Below, piece after piece: positions 8,601 to 13,496 of a DNA stretch of 13,496 nt. Position 1 is the first letter of the stretch. The number at the start of each line of letters is the position of its first letter. Origin of the DNA: Pseudomonadota bacterium (GTDB lineage: Bacteria > UBA10199 > 2-02-FULL-44-16 > JAAZCA01); the NCBI GenBank assembly GCA_043822785.1, contig JBDRBN010000094.1, forward strand, positions 1 to 13,496, written 5' to 3'. The notes under the pieces were generated by a model. The model ran no database searches. It was not told where the DNA came from and was given only the letters and a program-made list of their open reading frames with translations. Both the position numbers and the translations under genes were made by a program.

Positions 8601-9138
8601 CCTCAGCAACGATGGCCTTCCACTCAGCATCGGGATAGCCATGATCAGCGCTCTCATACTTCTCTTTTAACTTTTCTATCGCTTCAGCATCGCTGGCTTT
8701 CTTCGCAGCGTCTGCATCTGCTTTACTTGGATCGCCTTTGGGTGTGCTTGCATTTATGCTCGAGCTTGGTGCTGGTGCTGCAGGAGCACCGGGCTGATTG
8801 CCTGCCTGAGCCGGTATGCCATAACCAAAAATCGGCACTGGAAGAGGAGGTCTATTCAAAAACGCCATCACGCTGTCTCCAAATCCTTGAGAAGCGTGAC
8901 CTACATATCCCTGGGGCATAAACCTGCCCATGCCCTCTAGGATAGAGCGCGAGCCGCTTGTAGGACCTGTAACAAGGGATAGAGAATCAGCAGGATTTGG
9001 GCCAAACTGCATTCCGCTCCCAGGCATCCAACCGGCATATGGTGAAGATCCATAGGCGCCCAGGCCGTAGCCTGGCCAATCATAGTCTGAATGGCCGACG
9101 CGGGAGAAAAAGCTCGATAATGTCAGTTCGCTAACCAA
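5635..9138 (-). CDS. Large hypothetical protein (1167 aa) with a low-complexity N-terminus and internal repeated modules
   Basis: 3.5-kb ORF. TTG start with SD GGAGG, overlapping the upstream gene by 8 nt. G/P/S-rich N-terminus, Pro-rich linkers, duplicated domains. No recognisable family. Confidence 0.8.
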   Translation of the reverse strand: MVSELTLSSFFSRVGHSDYDWPGYGLGAYGSSPYAGWMPGSGMQFGPNPADSLSLVTGPTSGSRSILEGMGRFMPQGYVGHASQGFGDSVMAFLNRPPLPVPIFGYGIPAQAGNQPGAPAAPAPSSSINASTPKGDPSKADADAAKKASDAEAIEKLKEKYESADHGYPDAEWKAIVAEAEKAADGNPKKFDRIMKALPSKKFTEPEIGEDKKPKGLTIEEQKQAWTRNFGKWHAEHISGMKPAEAEQLVNDTASGERVTYKLKQSTPVANGFKKFDITEVNGTGSLKVGDSVYYKDKKWYRDANGTNPIAETSAAPGATAEITVGGQSDYIPLTPAGVHVHPDSKPTVLSRYTFAIPSGPKSQEIARSIKPSSDGTTYIYYSPSDGKWFYKKGDKEAPEIKGAQLIDGRLYLDRGGDSFDVKRSDNVTGYMGDLRAAHDEYDSRVTRFNDLDKGQRTDRINAVRSYFEEEMAESGRGKLVYNYDADSNVLNITCENDKCDAVWKAVGSESTEKDQTFNNILLQLPKDCAITFNGQKLSTDGKPFNALKDALHRDVSREIKITDNVDMGYATYANAQDAEDAVFNELNRRIVAQREQTRNPTKIIFDGEIKLPKGKITAEGWERIKIKLAEANKPAKIEFYGQGSKVKNISGEIPSNTSYLAAKSAINSFYKKYSHKSVAEFAKKFQATMTNSKTDKNEKKDMISKAEKYIAQYEQDIKELEAVQAKYGDVEVLPDGRKAFLPIRAVILASKARLKALRELKDKPGISLDPSVLSASDVEGLHVTEEIDLSSAKNKEEVYAKLNEVVAAKVKGHEDTKRVTFDKAIKLPSWMTSSDFADAIGSLSISNYSVPVYFEKLMFSNRVGKGNVCRWYREFEYAEKPASDSPAQHANFDEKGKKEPPPTPPAVDDASKSAAATPPEPNSPSGKASSDPVTPPSQDDATSFIQGADVTGGGLIEQERALDSTRGQVLSAVKEKQLAAHEALKKLASIRQYGGGDVSAAEKDAEEKVAEYKKEATALFSIQNKYRESGLYSKASELDLIRKDHIHHGRKLEVMTTAPDQFIPGSSERTIADAEYKTDFTMLYTEDYIFGKAQTYKAAARQGQPSEQAKSDFNEFIGNYENLLKGLENKFGAQDEIVRRHKTLLSGLKAFQRNPKTYDLVQLRGV

Positions 9139-10279
9139 TTACCCCTCCGTAAACTGATTTAAGAAAATCCGCTGTGCTAAGACCGTCTCTAAGATCGCCG
9201 ATGATGCGCTTTGACAGCGGTGCTGTTTCAAACATATTCTTTATTTTGCCTTCAAGTTCGTGATCGAATTTTGCTATGGCATAAAGTCTCTTTTCAACTA
9301 GTCGCGAAAAAACTTGGGCCTTTGATTTTACATCCGCTGCTGTACCATCCTCATTGTACACATGCAGCGAAGGATCCTTTTCAGGAAGAGGTTCTGCTCT
9401 TTGTGCATTTTTGGCTGCTTCTGCTGTAACAGCTTCGTTGTTTTCAAGAGAATCGCTATTGCTTTCGCCGGCAGAGCCACCTAGAAGACCGCCCAGTTCA
9501 TTGCTCGCAGACCTAGCTTTGGTGGAGGAACCCGCTGAAAACGTGCTTGTCTCTCTGCCTTGCTCCTCTTTCTCCACTCCGTCTTCATTATCTATATCGT
9601 CTGTACTGCGACCTGTTCTGGCTGTATCAGTAAGTGCTTCAGACATGCCAGCAAGCGCTGCGCCCTGGGCTGCGTTTTCAGGCTGTAGGGTTTGCTCAGC
9701 TGACTTCAAAGTTCTTTGCGCATCTAAACTCTTGCCCTCTGCGTTCTTTGCAGTCTTGTGTGAGCTATTTGTCTTTGGAGTCTTAGGCTGAATTATGTTT
9801 TTGGTAGCGCCCTTTTGTGCCGTTTTTTGTGCGCCAGCTAAATGGCTCGCTATGTGTGCTGATTGCTGCTGTGTCCCCTGCTTTATGGTTGCATGGGTCT
9901 GGGGTACATTTGGCTTTGAAATTATAGCGTTGTCAGTTGCCGGCTTTTGCGTGCCTTTTGACTTTAATGTCGTAGCAAGTTTGCTAAGATTTTGGGCCTG
10001 TTTCTGTGCATTGAGATATTGCTTGGCAGCTTGATCAGAGTGTTTTGCTGCCTCGTGCTGCGTCTCAGGTCTAATCTTCTGATGGGTCTGGGCAACATCC
10101 TTGCCCGGACTTACGGGCTTACTCAGCTGAAGCTTGTCGAGATTTGCCGGCTTGCCGAGATTGGCGGCCTTCTCCACTAACTGATCTGTTTTACGCGCAG
10201 CATTGCCCTGCTTACGGATCTGATCCGCATAACTGGTCGTCTTATTCGGCTTTTGCCAGTTGTCTATGCCCCTTGCCAT
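9131..10279 (-). CDS. Hypothetical protein (382 aa), mostly low-complexity, with a basic N-terminal half, acidic middle and short helical C-terminus
   Basis: ATG with SD GAGGAG. Q/K/A/T-rich then D/E/S-rich composition. Apparently translationally coupled to the 1167-aa gene. Confidence 0.78.
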   Translation of the reverse strand: MARGIDNWQKPNKTTSYADQIRKQGNAARKTDQLVEKAANLGKPANLDKLQLSKPVSPGKDVAQTHQKIRPETQHEAAKHSDQAAKQYLNAQKQAQNLSKLATTLKSKGTQKPATDNAIISKPNVPQTHATIKQGTQQQSAHIASHLAGAQKTAQKGATKNIIQPKTPKTNSSHKTAKNAEGKSLDAQRTLKSAEQTLQPENAAQGAALAGMSEALTDTARTGRSTDDIDNEDGVEKEEQGRETSTFSAGSSTKARSASNELGGLLGGSAGESNSDSLENNEAVTAEAAKNAQRAEPLPEKDPSLHVYNEDGTAADVKSKAQVFSRLVEKRLYAIAKFDHELEGKIKNMFETAPLSKRIIGDLRDGLSTADFLKSVYGGVIG

Positions 10280-10401
10280 TCAAAGACTCCTCTCACCACC
10301 TAAACTTTGGCAAATGAATCATTATAATTTGCTAATCCCTTGATAACATTGCACTTTTATATCCTACACTCTCTTGTTACCAATATTACGGCCCTATATA
10401 A

Positions 10402-10417
10402 TGCAAGAGAGGGGCCA
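10402..10417 (-). promoter_or_regulatory. Putative sigma54 (-24/-12) promoter for the 382-aa/1167-aa operon
   Basis: TGGCCCCTCTCTTGCA vs consensus TGGCAC-N5-TTGCW: one mismatch, exact spacing, correct strand, in an AT-rich intergenic region about 120 nt upstream of the ATG. Confidence 0.6.
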
Positions 10418-10572
10418 GATAGGTCCCCCTTTTAGCAATCCCATGTAGTTGGGTCATCTTATTGATATATATGAGTTTTTTAGAAAAAATAAAGCCAGAG
10501 AAGAACAAAATTCTTCAGATAATATTATATTTATGAGTTGAAATTGGGGAGAGTTGTCATCAGTGAAAATGC

Positions 10573-11139
10573 TCACAAACTGGCAATCGCTGCTGGTGAC
10601 AGGTTTAATGGATTGCCTTTATCTCGGGTTGGTGGGGGGCTACCTTGAGATGCGGAAGGTGCAGATGGAGGCGAACTGGCTGGGGCAGCAGTACCCTCAG
10701 GATTAGCCAAAGCAGCAATCGCAGCGGCCATCATAAACACAGGGTTTGGAAATGCAGGGGCGATTTTATCAGCAAAGGCCATAGCGCCCGTTACCAGTGC
10801 ATTAATATCTGCATCGGCCTTTTCTTGTGCCTCGGCATTTTGTACTACCTGACTGGCAAGTCGTGATACTGCATCGCCAAAACACTGTGCTCTTCGCACG
10901 GTTGCAGAGCCGTCAGGCGCAGGCGGTGGTGGCGGAGGGGGGACCCCAGCGTCAGGCTGGGAATCCGTGGGGATGAAGCAAGAGTAGCCTAGTATCTTGC
11001 CTTCCTTCTCAATGTTGGAACAAGATGATCCTTCCGCTAGGTTTGGGCGCTCCGGACCAATTGAAACGCATTGCAAACCAGAAGCCTCATCTTTGCTGTT
11101 GGTCGCTGGTTCACACTTCAATTCACCTGCTGCAATCAT
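10573..11139 (-). CDS. Hypothetical protein (188 aa) with a Cys-containing N-domain, polyproline tract and hydrophobic helices
   Basis: ATG with SD AGGGAGG. Four Cys in the first 54 aa, PPPPPPP, and hydrophobic 'LVTGAMAFA' and 'VFMMAAAIAALA' segments. Confidence 0.72.
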   Translation of the reverse strand: MIAAGELKCEPATNSKDEASGLQCVSIGPERPNLAEGSSCSNIEKEGKILGYSCFIPTDSQPDAGVPPPPPPPAPDGSATVRRAQCFGDAVSRLASQVVQNAEAQEKADADINALVTGAMAFADKIAPAFPNPVFMMAAAIAALANPEGTAAPASSPPSAPSASQGSPPPTRDKGNPLNLSPAAIASL

Positions 11140-11224
11140 CTTATGCCTCCCTTTGAATACACCTATATTTTCGGTTAGGAGGCACCCTAAAGTTGCGTGT
11201 GAATGAAAATTTTTTAGATAATGA

Positions 11225-11237
11225 AATCAAGAGGTTA
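11225..11237. promoter_or_regulatory. Possible IHF site
   Basis: AATCAAGAGGTTA matches WATCAANNNNTTR exactly and has an AT-rich 5' flank; intergenic, upstream of the 188-aa gene. Confidence 0.4.
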
Positions 11238-11285
11238 AGGACGTGATCAATAGGTGCCAGGCACAAATCAACATCTCCTAATACG

Positions 11286-11325
11286 GATCTACCCCCTCCT
11301 AACCTCCCCCTTACAAAGGGGGAGG
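11286..11325. repeat. REP-like element with a perfect 10-bp hairpin; possible terminator or mRNA stabiliser after nagZ
   Basis: CCTCCCCCTT-ACA-AAGGGGGAGG (11303-11325), 9 nt beyond the nagZ stop. 11286-11315 is 25/30 identical to 13356-13385. Confidence 0.8.
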
Positions 11326-11334
11326 AACGCACAT

Positions 11335-12390
11335 TCAGCATGACTCTAGGCTGCGAGCTATCTGCCTATGCTCCCTGCAGCCGATGCGGGAGATGGGAAA
11401 ACGCGCTTTATCGGCAGTGGCGTATTTCTCTTTAAATGCAGCTATTCGGGAAAGTGTTTTGGAAAGCTGGCCCATGGGTATTAAGCCCTCGCCCACAGCT
11501 TGCCTTAGGCCTTCTAAAGCTTCGCGCTGTGCATCTCTATTGTGACAAACGAGCGCCATGTCCGCGCCGGAAGCGACAGCGCGCCACGCTGCCTCGCGTG
11601 GGCCACAGACGCTTGTGATGCCTTTCATTGTAAGATCATCGGTGAATATGAGCCCATCAAAATTTAACTCGCGCCTGAGAATGCCTGTGGTTATGGGTCT
11701 GGAAATCGTTACAGGCGCATCATCCAGATTTGGTATTTTAAGATGCGAGGTCATGATTGAAGCTACGCCGGCTTCTATTGCAGCCTTAAACGGTATAAAC
11801 TCCAATGCATCAAAACGCGCGCGCGTGTGGCTGAGCACTGGCAGCTCAAGATGCGAATCTTTATCTGTATCGCCATGTCCGGGAAAATGTTTGGCGCAAG
11901 CAGCAATGCCCTGGCTTTGAATGCCGCGTATGAACGCACAGCCCAGCTTTGCCACTATATTTGGATCGCTGCTGAACGCGCGATCTGCAATCACAGGATT
12001 AAAGGCATTGGTCGCCACATCAAGCACTGGAGCAAAATTTAAGTTTATACCTACAGCCCGCAGCTCTTGCCCCAGCAGTTCTCCTGCCTGCTTAGCAAGC
12101 GCTTCTGCTTCATCCTGGCATCGTCCTAAACACGACATGGGAGGCAGTTTAGTAAATGGTTCGCCAAGGCGAGCTACGCGCCCTCCCTCCTGATCCACTG
12201 CAATGATGAGGCGCGATTCTGAAACCTCGTTCAGATATCTTATAAAACTCGCGAGCTGGGCCGGACTTTTGAAGTTGCGCGAAAACAGTATAACCCCGCC
12301 GACGTTCATCTCTTTGATAAAGAGCTCGAGGTCATGAGTAACTTTGGTACCCTCCACTCCTACCATTAATAGTTGTCCTACCGTAGTCAT
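11335..12390 (-). CDS. nagZ: Beta-N-acetylhexosaminidase (GH3)
   Basis: DQEGGRV, 'NFAPVLDV', KHFPGHG…DSH, 'TDDL.M'. Start ATG 12390 (MTTVGQLLMVG) with SD GAGG. The track's N-terminal extension is translated repeat DNA. Confidence 0.93.
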   Translation of the reverse strand: MTTVGQLLMVGVEGTKVTHDLELFIKEMNVGGVILFSRNFKSPAQLASFIRYLNEVSESRLIIAVDQEGGRVARLGEPFTKLPPMSCLGRCQDEAEALAKQAGELLGQELRAVGINLNFAPVLDVATNAFNPVIADRAFSSDPNIVAKLGCAFIRGIQSQGIAACAKHFPGHGDTDKDSHLELPVLSHTRARFDALEFIPFKAAIEAGVASIMTSHLKIPNLDDAPVTISRPITTGILRRELNFDGLIFTDDLTMKGITSVCGPREAAWRAVASGADMALVCHNRDAQREALEGLRQAVGEGLIPMGQLSKTLSRIAAFKEKYATADKARFPISRIGCREHRQIARSLESC

Positions 12391-12410
12391 GATTAACCTC
12401 GTACTAGAAA

Positions 12411-12518
12411 TGTCATCGCGAGCCCACGTTAGCGGGCGCCTGCCCTGAGCGCAGTCGAAGGGTGGCAATCTCCAAGGATTGAGGGGATTGCTTCGTCACT
12501 ACGTTCCTTGCAATGACA
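12411..12518. repeat. Long palindromic intergenic repeat (TGTCATCGCGAG…GGCAATCTC…GGATTGCTTCG…CTTGCAATGACA) with a nested 24-nt insert
   Basis: Termini 12411-12422 and 12507-12518 are complementary at 10/12 nt, with an inner GCAATCTC/GGGATTGC pair. Insert CCTGCCCTGAGCGCAGTCGAAGGG at 12439-12462. Confidence 0.75.
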
Positions 12519-12537
12519 ATATGCCTCTGGCATATTG

Positions 12538-13341
12538 TCATCTCCCCCTCGGCGCCAGTTTATCGCGCAGACCATCGCCCAAGAAATTAAATCCCAACAC
12601 CACGAGCATGATGGCGATGCCTGGAATTATCGACAAATATGGCGCCACCAGCAAGAACTGCGTGCCCTGATCGATCATGTTGCCCCATGAGGGTATGTCA
12701 ACCGGAACGCCAAGGCCCAGAAACGATAGCGATGATTCTATCATGATGACTCCGGCCATGCCAAAGCTTGCGTTTACAACGATCGGGCCGATCATGTTTG
12801 GAAACAGGTGGTGAATAAAAATCCTTGGAGTCCCAACACCTATGGCCCGGCCTGCTTGCACAAACTCGCGCTCCTTTAGCGCAAGGGTCTGGCCGCGCAC
12901 AAGCCTTGCATATGTAACCCATCCTTTGATGCACAAAATGATGACGACGTTTATGACCGCAGGCCTTAAAAACGCAGCAACAGCTATGGCAAACAGAAAA
13001 CTTGGAAACGCTAAAAATACATCTGACACAAAAGTGAATATGCGATCGATTATGCCTCCAAACCAACCTGCTATGATGCCTATGATGCAGCCTACCACCA
13101 GGGATATACCCACAACACCAAGGCCGATGCCCAAAGATACGCGCGCGCCGAAAAGCACGCGAGAAAGCACATCGCAGCCATCAGCATCATTGCCAAACGG
13201 ATGCTCTAGTGAGGGACCTGAAAAAGCGAGATCGAGATTATATTCCGAGGGATCATATGGTGCCAGCCACGGCGCAAACAGAGCTGCTATGATGAGAAGC
13301 ACTATTATTATTAAACCTATTTTAGCGGTAAGACTTTTCAT
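12538..13341 (-). CDS. Peptide/nickel ABC transporter permease (DppC/OppC family)
   Basis: N-terminal 'APWLAPYDP', 'HPFGNDADGCDVLSRVLFGARVSL', EAA-loop-like 'EFVQAGRAIG', 'SLSFLGLG…PSWG', C-terminal 'FNFLGDGLRD'. Confidence 0.93.
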   Translation of the reverse strand: MKSLTAKIGLIIIVLLIIAALFAPWLAPYDPSEYNLDLAFSGPSLEHPFGNDADGCDVLSRVLFGARVSLGIGLGVVGISLVVGCIIGIIAGWFGGIIDRIFTFVSDVFLAFPSFLFAIAVAAFLRPAVINVVIILCIKGWVTYARLVRGQTLALKEREFVQAGRAIGVGTPRIFIHHLFPNMIGPIVVNASFGMAGVIMIESSLSFLGLGVPVDIPSWGNMIDQGTQFLLVAPYLSIIPGIAIMLVVLGFNFLGDGLRDKLAPRGR

Positions 13342-13355
13342 AATTAGTAATTGAT

Positions 13356-13385
13356 GATCTACCCCACCCTAGCCCTCCCCTTACA
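13356..13385 (+). repeat. Left half of a REP-like element interrupted by an IS end
   Basis: GATCTACCCCACCCTAGCCCTCCCCTTACA aligns without gaps to the first 30 nt of the intact element at 11286-11325 and stops after the loop, where the IS terminus begins. Confidence 0.75.
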
Positions 13386-13496
13386 GAGACTGTGTCGCAA
13401 TTGGGGAGGGTGACTTGATATAAACGTTCTTTGACAAAAAAATATGAGAATTTTGTTACATAATACTACCGGCCAAATATTCGGGTGATGTCAGTC
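13386..13496 (+). mobile_element. End of a second, related IS1182-like element or non-autonomous derivative (partial)
   Basis: Same 16-bp terminus, GGGGAGGGT tract and 24-bp block as the left element, but a different spacer and unrelated sequence after 13449. No transposase visible in the window. Confidence 0.62.

Noticed and set aside
11244..11259. Sigma54-like TGGCAC upstream of the 188-aa gene
   Set aside because: The -24 box is perfect, but the -12 position reads GATCA rather than TTGCA, so the required GC is missing.
11141..11341. 66-aa ORF containing 'SPFVRGRLGGG'
   Set aside because: The peptide is the translated REP-like hairpin plus AT-rich intergenic DNA; no independent coding evidence.
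12391..12468. N-terminal extension of NagZ (MPPFDCAQGRR…) in the ORF track
   Set aside because: It is the translation of the nested palindromic repeat; a good SD and ATG exist at 12390.
13431..13464. Sigma70 promoter from the TTGACA in the 24-bp block
   Set aside because: Neither copy has a convincing -10 hexamer at 16-18 nt spacing.

Overview
A 13.5-kb bacterial chromosomal segment. It carries housekeeping genes (nadD, a divergent NAD kinase resembling NADK2/NADK3, rmuC, nagZ, a dppC/oppC-type permease), an unknown beta-strand-rich protein, a REP-associated tyrosine transposase (RAYT) flanked by its own 29-bp palindromic repeats, and three co-oriented orphan genes with low-complexity segments, two of them behind a sigma54-type promoter. 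Both edges hold related IS ends pointing outward; the left one leads into an IS1182-like transposase N-terminus that the ORF track missed. The most notable observation is at these IS junctions. Each end lies exactly 5 nt from a CCCTCCCC hairpin arm and carries the complementary GGGGAGGG tract just inside its 16-bp terminus, so a hairpin with an identical 22-nt loop can form across both junctions. An uninterrupted copy of this target hairpin is at 11286-11325. Three unrelated palindromic repeat families coexist here, one with a nested 24-nt insertion. All calls come from reading motifs by eye; no searches were run.
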